From contig JAFVSR010000062.1 of the NCBI GenBank assembly GCA_017503645.1, positions 1,415-65,414 on the forward strand: a stretch of 64,000 nucleotides of DNA, given 5' to 3'. The notes under the pieces are model-generated. The model did no database searches, was not told the origin of the DNA, and was given only the letters and a program-made list of their open reading frames with translations. The DNA is from Bacteroidaceae bacterium (GTDB lineage: Bacteria; Bacteroidota; Bacteroidia; Bacteroidales; Bacteroidaceae). A program made the translations under genes and the position numbers. This document shows, in pieces, positions 48,315 to 59,031 of the stretch (within the stretch, counting starts at the first letter, position 1; each line of letters starts with the position of its first letter).

Positions 48315-48898
48315 CCAACAATCCCATAAAAAACACCACCAAAAGCGCCGGCAGCAATAACAATAAGTATTGGACTAACCTTGTAGCGCAAGGCGGCCAC
48401 AAAAGCACCTACGAAAAGCAACACGCTCACCACAAACTGCAGCGTGGATTCCGTGGGGGAGCCGAAGTTCTCCACCGTCATAAGCTGCAGGGCAGCCGAG
48501 GCTATGAGGCCCACCACCGCAGGGCGCAATGCCTTGAAAACCGATTCAACCGAGGCACTCTTGCTGTATTTCATAAAGTAACGGCTTATGGTGAGCATAA
48601 TGGCAAACGAGGGGAGCATCACCGCAAGCGAGGCAAGCAGGGAACCTGCCACTGCCACCGCGGGCGAGCCCGTGGCATTCATTGCCGCGGTGTAACCAAC
48701 GTATGTAGCCGAGTTTATACCTATGGGGCCGGGTGTCATTTGGCTTATGGCCACAATGTCGGTAAATTCGGCACTTGTGAGCCAGGCGTGGCGTGTAACC
48801 ACCTCGCCCTGAATAACAGACAGCATACCATAGCCGCCACCAAAGGAGAAGAGGCCCACCTTGAGGAATGTGTAGAAGAGTTCTAACAGAATAGTCAT
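48308..48898 (-). CDS. Chromate transporter family protein (second half-size CHR subunit)
   Basis: 196 aa. FSFGGGYGMLSVIQGEVV motif, multi-TM. 4-nt overlap with the upstream partner. Confidence 0.85.
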   Translation of the reverse strand: MTILLELFYTFLKVGLFSFGGGYGMLSVIQGEVVTRHAWLTSAEFTDIVAISQMTPGPIGINSATYVGYTAAMNATGSPAVAVAGSLLASLAVMLPSFAIMLTISRYFMKYSKSASVESVFKALRPAVVGLIASAALQLMTVENFGSPTESTLQFVVSVLLFVGAFVAALRYKVSPILIVIAAGAFGGVFYGIVGC

Positions 48899-49440
48899 AC
48901 CCTACCCCCTTTCACGCGCCCCCATAGGTAACCACCTATGCCGGCTATAAGTATTATATATATAGGAGAAACGCCAAACGCCACAATGAGCAGGGCCGAC
49001 AGCAGGGGAATCCACACATTGGTCCACCCTATTTTAGCGCTCTTTGCCACGGAGAACACAGGTGATGCTATGAGCGCAACCACGGCAGGACGTATGCCCA
49101 TAAACACATTGTTCACCACCTCGTACTCGCGGAACCTGTTGAAGAAGAGCGCTATGAGCAGTATGATGACCACCGAGGGCAGTACATTGCCCAGGGCAGC
49201 AGCCACCGAACCGCGCACGCCACGCAGTTTATAACCGATGAATATGGACATATTCACGGCAAGCACACCCGGGGAGGATTGCGCAATGGCCAGTAAATCC
49301 ACAAAGTCGCGTTTTTCTATCCAACGATACCTATCGACCACCTCGCGCTCTATGAGCGGAATCATCACATAGCCGCCACCTATGGTAAAAAGCCCGAGTT
49401 TGAAGAATGTGGTAAACAGTTTTATTAACTCTACACCCAT
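48895..49440 (-). CDS. Chromate transporter family protein (first half-size CHR subunit)
   Basis: 181 aa. FTIGGGYVMIPLIEREVV motif, multi-TM. Confidence 0.85.
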   Translation of the reverse strand: MGVELIKLFTTFFKLGLFTIGGGYVMIPLIEREVVDRYRWIEKRDFVDLLAIAQSSPGVLAVNMSIFIGYKLRGVRGSVAAALGNVLPSVVIILLIALFFNRFREYEVVNNVFMGIRPAVVALIASPVFSVAKSAKIGWTNVWIPLLSALLIVAFGVSPIYIILIAGIGGYLWGRVKGGRV

Positions 49441-49453
49441 AATTTACAAACCA

Positions 49454-49486
49454 CAGAGGCTGTCGGCTAACGCCAAACAGCCTCTG
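49454..49486 (-). terminator. Probable terminator hairpin downstream of purL
   Basis: CAGAGGCTGT / ACAGCCTCTG 10-bp stem with a 13-nt loop. The U-tract on the minus strand is weak. Confidence 0.5.
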
Positions 49487-49509
49487 GAAAAGAGAATCGT
49501 TTATTACAA

Positions 49510-52500
49510 TTATTTTGTTTTTTCGGCAACCCAGTTGTATGCGTTGCGGAAAATCTCAATCCACGGAGTAACATCGTCGGCAATGTGGGCCGCAGGATAT
49601 GTGGCACACTGCCAGGGGAATATTGCACGCTCGGGGTGAGGCATCATAGCCACGTGACGACCGTCGGCGCTTGCAAGGGCAGCCACATTGTATGACGAGC
49701 CGTTGGGGTTACCCGGGTACTCGCCGTATGCATAACGTGCTACCACGTTGTACTTATCCTCGGCATATGGAAGGTCGAACTTACCCTCGCCGTGAGCAAC
49801 CCACACGCCCAAACGGCTGTTCGAAAGCGAGCCGAAGAGCACGCTGTTGTTCTCGGGCACATTCACACCCACAAACGACGATTCGAACTTATGCGAATTG
49901 TTGTGGCGCATATAGCCGCGCTGCTCGTGCTGCGGGTTTATGAGGTTGAGCTCCATCATCAGCTGGCAGCCGTTGCAGATACCGAGCGAGAGAGTATCCT
50001 CGCGGGCATAGAAGCGGTCGAGAGCAGCCTTGGCTGCGGGGTTGTAGAGGAAGCCGCCTGCCCAACCCTTGGCCGAGCCAAGCACGTCGGAGTTGGAGAA
50101 ACCACCGCAGAATACGATGAAGTTCACCTCGTCGAGAGTCTCGCGGCCGCTTATGAGGTCGGTCATTGTAACATCCTTCACATCGAACCCTGCAAGATAC
50201 ATTGCGTATGCCATTTCGCGCTCGCCATTGGTACCCTTCTCGCGGATGATTGCAGCACGCACACCCGATTTCTCGCGGCGGTCGGCCGACATTCCGTAGT
50301 CGGCAAGCATACCGTTGAACTGTGCGGGGAGGCGGTAACGCAAAGGTTGGTTCTTGTAATTCTTCAAGCGCTCGTCGGCACAGCCGTTGAAGCTCTGTTT
50401 GCGGTCCATAAGGTATGAACTGTCGTACCACACATCGCGGTAGTGGTCTATGTCGAACAGGCGTGTACGTTTATCCTTTGCCACGGCAATATGGCGTTTT
50501 GTTGTGGGAACACCAATCTTCACAAAGCATATACCGGCCTCGTCGAGTATTTGCTGCACGCGGCACTTATCTTTATCGGCCACCTGAATTACCAGCGCGG
50601 GGTTCTCGGCAAAGAGCAATTTCACTATATCTTTTTCGGCAACGGCGTTGAGGTCTATCTCCATACCCCCTGTGGTGTTGGCAAAACACATTTCGAGCAG
50701 TGTGGTTATGAGACCGCCGGCCGACACGTCGTGGCCTGCGAGTATGAGCCCCTGGTTCACCAGTTTCTGCACAGCATTGAATGCCTCGGCAAAATATTCG
50801 GGGTTCTGCACGGTGGGAACATCGTTACCCACACAACCCCTTGTCTGTGCAAAGGCCGAACCGCCCAAACGCAATTGGTCGAAGCTGAAGTCTATGTGAT
50901 AGAAGGCGCTCTTGGGCTCGTTAACCATAACGGGCGACACCACCTTGCGCACATCGCTCACCTCGCCGCCTGCACTCACGATAACGGTACCCGGGCTCAC
51001 CACCTTGGTGCCGTCGGGGTATTTCTGTGTCATCGACAATGAGTCCTTTCCTGTTGGAACGTTTATTTTGAGGTCGCAGCAGAAGCCCGACAGAGCCTCA
51101 ACGCCACGATAGAGGCGTGCGTCCTCACCCTCCTGTGAGCGGCAGGGCCACATCCAGTTGGCACTGAGCGAAATGCTCTTTATGCCATTTGTGAGGGGTG
51201 CAAGCACTATGTTTGTGAGTGCCTCGGAAACGGCGAGCACCGAACCCTTGGCAGGGTTGGCAAGCGCTGCCTGGGGGGCGTGACCTATTGAGGTGGCAAT
51301 ACCCTTGCGGCCACGGTAGTCGAGTGTAACCACACCGCAGTCGCTCAAAGGCAACTGAATCTCGCCCTGGCACTGCTGACGGGCAATCTTGCCTGTTACC
51401 GAACGGTCCACCTTGTTTGTGAGCCAGTCCTTGCAGGCTACAGCCTCCAAGCGCAGCACATCGGTAAGGTACTCCTCTATGTTGTTTGCATCATATTCCA
51501 CATCCTTGTAGTTGCGCACCACGGTTTTGTCCACCATATATGTTTTGGGCGACGAGCCAAACATCTGGCTCACCGAGAGGTCGAAGGGGCGTTTTCCGTC
51601 GGCCTGCTCAAAGGCAAAGCGGGCATCGCCTGTTGTTTCGCCCACAACGTACATAGGAGCACGCTCGCGGTCGGCCACACGTTTCACATACTCTATGGCA
51701 TCCTCCTTAATGAGCAAGCCCATACGCTCCTGCGACTCGTTGGCAATAATCTCTTTTGCCGACAGGGTTTTGTCGCCCACGGGCAGTGCCGACATATCTA
51801 TGAGACCGCCGCACTCCTCCACAAGCTCCGACAAGCAGTTCACGTGGCCTGCCGAGCCGTGGTCGTGGATAGATACCACAGGGTTGGTATCGTCCTCGCA
51901 CAATGCGCGCACCACATTGTAGGCACGTTTCTGCATCTCGGCATTGGCACGCTGCACGGCATTAAGCTCTATACCCGATGAGTAACGGCCTGTATCCACC
52001 GACGACACCGAACCGCCACCAAGGCCGATGCGGTAGTTATCGCCACCCATCACAATAACCTTGTTACCCTTTTCGGGAGCGCCCTTGAGGCAGTCGCGAC
52101 GTGTGCCGTAGCCCACACCGCCGGCAAGCATAATAACCTTGTCGTAGCCATAGACCTCGTTGTTCTCCTTGTGCTCGAATGTGAGCACCGAACCGCAAAT
52201 GAGCGGCTGACCGAACTTGTTACCGAAATCCGAAGCACCATTAGATGCCTTTATGAGAATCTGCTCGGGAGTCTGATAGAGCCACTTGCGCACGGGGAGA
52301 ATATCCTCCCACTTGCGGTCGTCATATGTGCGGGGATAAGAGGTCATATAAACTGCTGTTCCCGCAATGGGCCAGGAGCCTTTGCCACCACCCATACGGT
52401 CGCGAATCTCGCCACCTGTACCTGTAGATGCACCGTTGAAGGGCTCCACTGTTGTGGGGAAGTTATGCGTTTCGGCCTTCAGTGAGATAACGGTTTCTAT

Positions 52501-53211
52501 GTCCTTTATCACAAAATAGTCGGGGATTGAGTGGTCGGCGGGTGCAAACTGCTCAACCACGGGACCGGCTGCAAAGGCCACATTGTCCTTGTAGGCCGAT
52601 ATTATGCTGTTGGGGTTCTCATTGGTGGTGCGCTTAATCATTGCAAAGAGCGACGAGGGCATCTCCTCGCCATCTATGATGAACGTGCCACCGAAGATTT
52701 TGTGACGGCAATGCTCCGAGTTAATCTGTGCAAAGCCAAACACCTCGCTGTCGGTGAGTTTGCGACCAAGCTCGCCCTCCACACGGTGCAGATACTCGAT
52801 TTCCTCCTTTGAGAGAGCAAGGCCCTCCTGCTCGTTGTAGCTGTCGAGGTCCTCTATAAACTCAATGGGGCGTGGTTCTATATCCACCTTGAAGATGTTC
52901 TGGTCGAGCCCCTTGTACATACGCTGCAACATAGGATCGTAATCGGCATTCTCGTCTTTCACGGCAAAGTACTCCTCGATACGAAGAATGCCTGTGAGGC
53001 CCATATTCTGGGTAATCTCAACAGCATTTGTACTCCACGGAGTAATCATTTCGCGACGCGGGCCCACGAAAAAGCCCTCAACAGCTTCGCCCTCTATGAG
53101 AGTGGCCTCGCCGTATAACCAACATAGTTTTTCGACATCGTGTGCCTGCAGTGCGCAGGTGGCCTCGGTTGCAACGACCGTGTGGCCCGGAGTGCTAAAG
53201 AAATAAATCAT
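49510..53211 (-). CDS. purL: Phosphoribosylformylglycinamidine synthase (single-chain, large PurL)
   Basis: 1233 aa. AIR-synthase-like repeats and a C-terminal glutaminase with nucleophile context LGICNGCQLM. Confidence 0.97.
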   Translation of the reverse strand: MIYFFSTPGHTVVATEATCALQAHDVEKLCWLYGEATLIEGEAVEGFFVGPRREMITPWSTNAVEITQNMGLTGILRIEEYFAVKDENADYDPMLQRMYKGLDQNIFKVDIEPRPIEFIEDLDSYNEQEGLALSKEEIEYLHRVEGELGRKLTDSEVFGFAQINSEHCRHKIFGGTFIIDGEEMPSSLFAMIKRTTNENPNSIISAYKDNVAFAAGPVVEQFAPADHSIPDYFVIKDIETVISLKAETHNFPTTVEPFNGASTGTGGEIRDRMGGGKGSWPIAGTAVYMTSYPRTYDDRKWEDILPVRKWLYQTPEQILIKASNGASDFGNKFGQPLICGSVLTFEHKENNEVYGYDKVIMLAGGVGYGTRRDCLKGAPEKGNKVIVMGGDNYRIGLGGGSVSSVDTGRYSSGIELNAVQRANAEMQKRAYNVVRALCEDDTNPVVSIHDHGSAGHVNCLSELVEECGGLIDMSALPVGDKTLSAKEIIANESQERMGLLIKEDAIEYVKRVADRERAPMYVVGETTGDARFAFEQADGKRPFDLSVSQMFGSSPKTYMVDKTVVRNYKDVEYDANNIEEYLTDVLRLEAVACKDWLTNKVDRSVTGKIARQQCQGEIQLPLSDCGVVTLDYRGRKGIATSIGHAPQAALANPAKGSVLAVSEALTNIVLAPLTNGIKSISLSANWMWPCRSQEGEDARLYRGVEALSGFCCDLKINVPTGKDSLSMTQKYPDGTKVVSPGTVIVSAGGEVSDVRKVVSPVMVNEPKSAFYHIDFSFDQLRLGGSAFAQTRGCVGNDVPTVQNPEYFAEAFNAVQKLVNQGLILAGHDVSAGGLITTLLEMCFANTTGGMEIDLNAVAEKDIVKLLFAENPALVIQVADKDKCRVQQILDEAGICFVKIGVPTTKRHIAVAKDKRTRLFDIDHYRDVWYDSSYLMDRKQSFNGCADERLKNYKNQPLRYRLPAQFNGMLADYGMSADRREKSGVRAAIIREKGTNGEREMAYAMYLAGFDVKDVTMTDLISGRETLDEVNFIVFCGGFSNSDVLGSAKGWAGGFLYNPAAKAALDRFYAREDTLSLGICNGCQLMMELNLINPQHEQRGYMRHNNSHKFESSFVGVNVPENNSVLFGSLSNSRLGVWVAHGEGKFDLPYAEDKYNVVARYAYGEYPGNPNGSSYNVAALASADGRHVAMMPHPERAIFPWQCATYPAAHIADDVTPWIEIFRNAYNWVAEKTK

Positions 53212-53256
53212 AAGAGATTATATAATATTATATTACTTTGCGTTTGTAAACTTGTG

Positions 53257-53264
53257 CGAAGATA
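53257..53264 (-). promoter_or_regulatory. Putative -7 promoter box (TATCTTCG) for purL
   Basis: Minus-strand TATCTTCGCA 45 nt upstream of the purL ATG. Confidence 0.4.
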
Positions 53265-53411
53265 CCACAAAAAACCAATTTATAGAAATCTTTGAGCAGG
53301 CTTTTTATAATAAAAAACGATATGGCACAAGTTTGCTGTCATTTGGGCGGTTTCTTAAACAACATTAACAATAAAAACAAGCGCAAACCGATAGCCGTTA
53401 AGAAAAATGAG

Positions 53412-53419
53412 TACTTTTG
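53412..53419 (+). promoter_or_regulatory. Putative -7 promoter box (TACTTTTG) for the ZIP transporter gene
   Basis: Exact TAnnTTTG match 29 nt upstream of the ATG at 53449. Confidence 0.4.
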
Positions 53420-53448
53420 CATAAGCAGAACTATCTATTCACAAAACA

Positions 53449-54225
53449 ATGGAATTTTTAACAATACTCACACTACCCTTTGTGGGAACAACATTGGGCG
53501 CGGCAATGGTATTCCTTGTACGCGACCGCATATCGGAGATTGCAAACAAATGTATGCTGGGCTTTGCCTCGGGCGTTATGGTGGCGGCAGCCTTTTGGTC
53601 GTTGCTGCAACCTGCATTGGAGCAGAGCGGCGGCAGCAGCCTGGGAGAGGCGTGGCCCGTTATCGCAGGCTTTCTTGTGGGAATGGGCTTCCTGCTTGCG
53701 CTCGACACTTTTATACCGCACCAGCACATTGACAACGAGCAGCCCGAGGGTGTGCGTTCGGCACTGCCGCGCTCGGTAAAAATGATGCTTGCCGTGGCAC
53801 TGCACAACATACCCGAGGGAATGGCTGTGGGCGTGGTGCTTGCCGGCGTGGGCGAGGGCAGCACCGCACTCACCGTGGCAGGCGCATTGGCACTCTCTAT
53901 AGGTATGGCAGTGCAGAACATCCCCGAGGGCGCAATCATCTCTATGCCCCTGCACAGCGAGGGAAAGAGCCGTACAAAGGCTTTTGCAATGGGCACGCTT
54001 TCGGGGCTTGTGGAACCCGTTGCCGCGGTTGCCACTATTTTGTTCCTTGAGAACACGGCTGCCGCTATGCCGCTGCTGCTTGCATTTGCAGCCGGAGCTA
54101 TGCTATATGTGGTTATCGAGGAGCTTATCCCCTCGTCGCAGAACGGCAAACACAGTAACATCGGCACCATAGGATTTGCCTGCGGCTTTGCACTTATGAT
54201 GGTGTTCGATGCCACAATTGGATAA
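53449..54225 (+). CDS. ZIP-family divalent metal transporter (ZupT-like)
   Basis: 258 aa, multi-TM. HNIPEGMAVG and QNIPEGAII motifs. Confidence 0.9.
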   Translation: MEFLTILTLPFVGTTLGAAMVFLVRDRISEIANKCMLGFASGVMVAAAFWSLLQPALEQSGGSSLGEAWPVIAGFLVGMGFLLALDTFIPHQHIDNEQPEGVRSALPRSVKMMLAVALHNIPEGMAVGVVLAGVGEGSTALTVAGALALSIGMAVQNIPEGAIISMPLHSEGKSRTKAFAMGTLSGLVEPVAAVATILFLENTAAAMPLLLAFAAGAMLYVVIEELIPSSQNGKHSNIGTIGFACGFALMMVFDATIG

Positions 54226-54286
54226 GATGTATAAAAACATAAAATTTTATAGCAGAAAAGGCAACCAACCCAAAGGATATTTTTAT

Positions 54287-54294
54287 TACATTTG
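54287..54294 (+). promoter_or_regulatory. Putative -7 promoter box (TACATTTG) for the nuo operon
   Basis: Exact TAnnTTTG match 84 nt upstream of the nuoA ATG. Confidence 0.4.
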
Positions 54295-54378
54295 CCCTGC
54301 CACAACGGGCTGTAAAGGGGAAACCTTTATCAATCAGCACGATAGCAAAAATAAGAAATTTTATAACAAAAACAATAT

Positions 54379-54729
54379 ATGAATTACATCCTTCTTTTTA
54401 CAATGATTATCGCATCGGTGGTGCTTGTTGCAGCCGGTATGCTGATAGCAAGATGGATTTCACCGCGCAGCTACAACAAGCAGAAGAGCGAGTCGTACGA
54501 ATGCGGTATCCCCACACAGGGAGAAACCTGGGTGCACTTTAAGGCAGGTTACTACCTTTTTGCCATCCTCTTTCTTATGTTCGACATAGAGGCCGTTTTC
54601 CTCTTTCCGTGGGCCACGGTGGTGCAGGAACTTGGCATCAAAGCACTTGTGGGAGTGCTCTTTTTTATGTTCATACTAATCCTGGGCTTGGCTTATGCTT
54701 GGCGCAAAAAAGCTCTTGAATGGAAATGA
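54379..54729 (+). CDS. nuoA: NADH-quinone oxidoreductase subunit A
   Basis: 116 aa, 3 TM. YECGIP and [15 protein letters not shown] motifs. Confidence 0.9.
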   Translation: MNYILLFTMIIASVVLVAAGMLIARWISPRSYNKQKSESYECGIPTQGETWVHFKAGYYLFAILFLMFDIEAVFLFPWATVVQELGIKALVGVLFFMFILILGLAYAWRKKALEWK

Positions 54730-55364
54730 AAAAGCCTTATATCAAATCTATCCCTTACGAGGAGTTCAAAGACAATGAAACCCTCGAAGCCCTCATCAAG
54801 GAACTTAACAAAGAGCGCACCAACGTGGTTGTGGGTGCGCTCGACGACCTTATAAATTGGGGACGCAGCAACTCGCTGTGGTCGCTCACGTTTGCCACCA
54901 GCTGTTGTGGCATTGAGTTTATGTCGGTGGGTGCCGCACGTTACGATTTTGCCCGTTTCGGGTTCGAGGTGACACGAAATTCACCTCGCCAGGCCGACCT
55001 CATAATGGTTGCCGGCACCATAACACACAAGATGGCACCCGTGCTCAAACGCCTTTATGACCAGATGGCGGAGCCCAAATATGTGGTGGCCGTGGGTGGT
55101 TGCGCCATAAGCGGCGGCCCCTTCAAGGGTTCGTATCACGTGGTAAACGGTGTAGATAAGATTCTGCCCGTCGATGTATATATACCCGGCTGCCCGCCCC
55201 GCCCCGAGGCCATACTCTATGGTATGATGCAGTTGCAACGCAAGGTGAAGGTTGAAAAATTCTTTGGCGACAAGAACCGCCACCAGAACCCGCGCGATGT
55301 GCGCCGCGAGCCCATAATAGTAACAAACGCCCCCATCGACGGGTGCGAAAAAACCGATAAGTGA
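54726..55364 (+). CDS. nuoB: NADH-quinone oxidoreductase subunit B
   Basis: The ATG at 54726 overlaps the nuoA stop (ATGA); an alternative ATG lies at 54720. Fe-S ligand contexts [25 protein letters not shown]. Confidence 0.92.
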   Translation: MKKPYIKSIPYEEFKDNETLEALIKELNKERTNVVVGALDDLINWGRSNSLWSLTFATSCCGIEFMSVGAARYDFARFGFEVTRNSPRQADLIMVAGTITHKMAPVLKRLYDQMAEPKYVVAVGGCAISGGPFKGSYHVVNGVDKILPVDVYIPGCPPRPEAILYGMMQLQRKVKVEKFFGDKNRHQNPRDVRREPIIVTNAPIDGCEKTDK

Positions 55365-56929
55365 TGGATATTACATTTATAGATAAAAAGGATGTACGCA
55401 CCACGCTGCGCAAAATGCGCGAGGGCGGAATGGATTTTCTGCGCGAGCTCATTGGTATGGACTGGGGCGAAGAGGGCTTGGGCGTGATATACATATTGGA
55501 GAACAGCTGCACGCACGAGGTGGCACACCTTGCCGTGCGCACCACCGAGCGCCAAAGGCCCGCGCTGCCCACCGTGTGCGATATGTGGAAGATTGCCGAG
55601 CTGTATGAGCGCGAGGTTTACGATTTCTACGGAATACATTTTACGGGGCACCCCGATATGCGCCGTCTGTTCTTGCGCAACGACTGGGAGGGTTTCCCCC
55701 TGCGCAAGGACTACGATGCAAGCGAGGCCATAAACCCCATTCGCCTCACCAGCGAGCCGCCCGAGGACCTGCAACGCTCTTACGAGATTGAGGAGGACAA
55801 GGAGTTCGCCGCCATTGCCAAGCGCGAGAACTTTATGCACTTCGACGAGTATGTGATAAACATAGGCCCACAGCACCCGGCCACCCACGGCGTGCTCCGC
55901 TTCAGGCTTGCACTTGCAGGCGAGGAGATACGCAAAATCGACATTCACTGCGGCTACATACACCGCGGCATAGAGAAGCTGTGCGAGAGCAAGACCTACC
56001 CGCAGCTGCTTGCCTTCACCGACCGCCTCGACTACCTGAGCGCCCACCAGAACCGCCACGCGCTATGTATGTGCATAGAAAAGGCAATGGGGTTGGAGAT
56101 TACCCCGCGTGCGCAGTACATACGCACTATAATGGACGAGTTGCAGCGCATAGACTCGCACCTGCTTATGCTCTCCTGCGCCGCTATGGACCTGGGAGCA
56201 CTCACTGCGTTCATTTATGGATTCCGCGACCGCGAGAAGGTGCTCGACATCTTTGAAGAGGTCACAGGCGGCCGCCTTATACAGAACTATAATATAATAG
56301 GTGGCGTGCAGGCCGACATCACCGCAGGCTGGGAGGTCAAAGTAAAAGATTACTGCACCTATCAGCTGGACAAGATAAAGGAGTTTGAGGACCTTTTTGT
56401 AAAGAGCATAATAACCAAGAACCGTATGACGGGTGTGGGAGTGCTCACACGCGAGGAGGCAATCTCCTATGGTGCCACAGGCTGCACAGGCCGTGCGGCA
56501 GGCTGGGCTTGCGATGTGCGCAAACGCCACCCCTATGCGCTTTACGGCGAGGTGGACTTCAAGGAGGTGCTCCACACACACGGCGACAGCTACGACCGCG
56601 TGCTTATGCGCATTGACGAGATAAAGCAGGCCGTGCACATAATAAGGCAGTTGATAGACAATATACCCGCAGGCGAGTACAAGCAAAAGACCAAGCCCAT
56701 AATAAAACTGCCCGAGGGGCGGTTCAGCGCTTCGGTCGAGGGCTCGCGCGGCGAGTTTGGCGTGTTCATCGAGAGCCACGGCGACAAGAACCCCTATCGT
56801 GTGAAATTCCGCCCTATGGGCCTGCCGCTCATTGCAAGTATGCACAAGATACTCAAAGGGTGCAAGATTGCCGACCTCATAACCATTGGTGCCACACTCG
56901 ACTATGTGATACCCGATATTGACCGATAA
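55361..56929 (+). CDS. nuoCD: NADH-quinone oxidoreductase fused subunit C/D
   Basis: 522 aa. N-terminal NuoC-like ~150 aa ([32 protein letters not shown]), then NuoD ([12 protein letters not shown]). GTG at 55361 or ATG at 55364. Confidence 0.93.
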   Translation: MMDITFIDKKDVRTTLRKMREGGMDFLRELIGMDWGEEGLGVIYILENSCTHEVAHLAVRTTERQRPALPTVCDMWKIAELYEREVYDFYGIHFTGHPDMRRLFLRNDWEGFPLRKDYDASEAINPIRLTSEPPEDLQRSYEIEEDKEFAAIAKRENFMHFDEYVINIGPQHPATHGVLRFRLALAGEEIRKIDIHCGYIHRGIEKLCESKTYPQLLAFTDRLDYLSAHQNRHALCMCIEKAMGLEITPRAQYIRTIMDELQRIDSHLLMLSCAAMDLGALTAFIYGFRDREKVLDIFEEVTGGRLIQNYNIIGGVQADITAGWEVKVKDYCTYQLDKIKEFEDLFVKSIITKNRMTGVGVLTREEAISYGATGCTGRAAGWACDVRKRHPYALYGEVDFKEVLHTHGDSYDRVLMRIDEIKQAVHIIRQLIDNIPAGEYKQKTKPIIKLPEGRFSASVEGSRGEFGVFIESHGDKNPYRVKFRPMGLPLIASMHKILKGCKIADLITIGATLDYVIPDIDR

Positions 56930-56950
56930 AGCAGAGAGAAAGAAAACAAT

Positions 56951-58024
56951 ATGGATTTCAGTACAATAACAACAGCCATAGACAACCTGCTGCGCACATA
57001 TATGCCCGAGCAGGCGGTAATTCTTGCGGAGTGCCTCTTGATAGCACTGTGTCTGGTGCTTGCCTACGTTCTTTTTGCAATAGTAATGATATTTATGGAA
57101 CGCAAGGTGTGCGCGGCCTTCCAATGCCGTGTGGGCCCTATGCGTGTGGGCTATTGGGGACTTTTACAGGTGTTTGCCGATGTGTTCAAGATGCTTATCA
57201 AGGAGATTATAAGCATAAAACGCAGCGACCACATACTATACTCCCTGGCACCATACATTGTGGTAATGAGTTCGGTGCTCACATTCAGTTGCCTCCCCTT
57301 TGCACGGGGCTTGCAGGCGCTCGACTTTAACATAGGAGTCTTTTTCCTTATGGCGGCATCGTCGTTCGGCGTGCTTGGCATTCTGCTTGCCGGCTGGAGC
57401 AGCAACAACAAATTCTCAATGATTGGTGCTATGCGCAGCGGTGGTCAGATGATAAGCTACGAGCTGTCGGTTGGCCTTTGTATGCTCACGATGGTGGTGC
57501 TTGGCGGCACAATGCAGATAAGCGCCATTGTGGAGAGCCAGCTCGACGGGTGGTTCATATTCAAGGGACACATTCCGGCCTGCATTGCGTTTGTAATATA
57601 CCTGATAGCGGGCAATGCCGAAACCAACCGCGCCCCCTTCGACCTCCCCGAGGCCGAGTCGGAGCTCACCGCGGGCTACCACACCGAGTATTCGGGTATG
57701 CACTTCGGTTTCTTCTATGTGGCCGAGTTTATGAATGTGTTTATAGTTTCGGCCATAGCCTCTACCCTCTTCTTAGGTGGTTGGGCACCGCTCTACATTC
57801 CCGGGCTCAATGCTGTGAATGCCGTTATGGGCTACATACCGGGTATTGTGTGGATGCTTGGCAAAACATTCTTTGTTATATGGTTGCTTATGTGGATAAG
57901 GTGGACCTTCCCGCGCCTGCGCATAGACCAGGTGCTTGTGCTCGAGTGGCAGTACCTTGTGCCCATAGGCCTTGTGAACCTGTTGCTTATGACCATATGC
58001 GTGGTAATGGGTTGGACATTCTAA
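56951..58024 (+). CDS. nuoH: NADH-quinone oxidoreductase subunit H
   Basis: 357 aa, multi-TM. ERKVCAAFQCRVGP and AETNRAPFDLPEAESEL motifs. Confidence 0.95.
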   Translation: MDFSTITTAIDNLLRTYMPEQAVILAECLLIALCLVLAYVLFAIVMIFMERKVCAAFQCRVGPMRVGYWGLLQVFADVFKMLIKEIISIKRSDHILYSLAPYIVVMSSVLTFSCLPFARGLQALDFNIGVFFLMAASSFGVLGILLAGWSSNNKFSMIGAMRSGGQMISYELSVGLCMLTMVVLGGTMQISAIVESQLDGWFIFKGHIPACIAFVIYLIAGNAETNRAPFDLPEAESELTAGYHTEYSGMHFGFFYVAEFMNVFIVSAIASTLFLGGWAPLYIPGLNAVNAVMGYIPGIVWMLGKTFFVIWLLMWIRWTFPRLRIDQVLVLEWQYLVPIGLVNLLLMTICVVMGWTF

Positions 58025-58042
58025 AATAGAGGAGATAGCGAT

Positions 58043-58498
58043 ATGAGAAAGAAAAATATGAACAACACATATGTGGGAACGGTGTTCGGTGCCATACACT
58101 CGCTGCTCACCGGTCTCAAGGTTACAATGAAGGAGTTCTTCACCCCTAAGGTAACCGAGCAATACCCCGAAAACCGCAGCACACTGCATATATCGGAGCG
58201 CCACCGCGCACAGCTCTATATGCCCACCGACGAGGAGGGGAACAACCGTTGCATAGCCTGTGGCTTGTGCCAGGCAGCCTGCCCCAACGGTACCATAAGC
58301 ATAACTACAACCACGGTCACCGACAGCGAAACGGGCAAGAGCCGCAAGGTGCTTGCCGAGTACCACTACGACCTGGGCAGCTGCACATTCTGCCAGCTGT
58401 GCGTGAACGCCTGCCCCAAAGAGGCCATAAAGTTCAACAACAAGTTCGAGAACGCAGTTTTCGACCGCAACAAACTCATGCTTAAACTGAACAAATAA
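58043..58498 (+). CDS. nuoI: NADH-quinone oxidoreductase subunit I
   Basis: Two 4Fe-4S motifs, CIACGLCQAACP and CTFCQLCVNACP. Confidence 0.9.
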   Translation: MRKKNMNNTYVGTVFGAIHSLLTGLKVTMKEFFTPKVTEQYPENRSTLHISERHRAQLYMPTDEEGNNRCIACGLCQAACPNGTISITTTTVTDSETGKSRKVLAEYHYDLGSCTFCQLCVNACPKEAIKFNNKFENAVFDRNKLMLKLNK

Positions 58499-58514
58499 AC
58501 AACAGAGATACAAT

Positions 58515-59024
58515 ATGGAGTTTCACACCAATCTATTCATCTTTTCGGGGCTTGCCATCTTTATGATAGTGGCAGCGCTCTTTGCAGTGGTATCGAGCAA
58601 GATTATGCGCGCCGCCACCCTGCTGCTGTTTGTGCTGTTCGGCACAGCGGGCCTCTACTTTATGCTCCACTACTCGTTCTTGGGAGCGGTGCAGATAACG
58701 GTATATGCGGGCGGCATTGTGGTGCTCTTTATATTTGCCATTCTGCTCATTGGCAAGGGTAGCATAGATATTACGCACACATCCAAGCTGCGTTACCTTG
58801 CCGGCGTGCTCACGGCTATGGCCGGTATGGCAACCACAATATACCTCATACACATAACCCCCTTTGAGGCCAACCACTTTATGAGTGCCGACGTACCTAT
58901 GAAAACGCTTGGCATCTCCATTATGGGAACAGGCCGTTACAACTATGTACTCCCCTTTGAGGTAATGAGCATACTGCTGCTTGCCTGCACCGTGGGAGCT
59001 ATACTTATTGCACGCAAAAAATAG
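58515..59024 (+). CDS. nuoJ: NADH-quinone oxidoreductase subunit J
   Basis: 169 aa, 5 TM, in its position in the nuo operon. Confidence 0.88.
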   Translation: MEFHTNLFIFSGLAIFMIVAALFAVVSSKIMRAATLLLFVLFGTAGLYFMLHYSFLGAVQITVYAGGIVVLFIFAILLIGKGSIDITHTSKLRYLAGVLTAMAGMATTIYLIHITPFEANHFMSADVPMKTLGISIMGTGRYNYVLPFEVMSILLLACTVGAILIARKK

Positions 59025-59031
59025 AAGCCCT

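Noticed and set aside
48308-49440. Two adjacent half-size chromate-transporter genes that might be a frameshifted pseudogene.
   Set aside because: Each ORF has its own FGGGY N-terminal motif and they overlap by 4 nt. Paired short-chain CHR proteins are a known arrangement.
53292-53732. 146-aa + strand ORF overlapping the start of the ZIP transporter gene.
   Set aside because: It is out of frame with the well-supported ZIP gene, begins inside the purL/ZIP promoter region, and has an Arg/Gly/Cys-rich composition.
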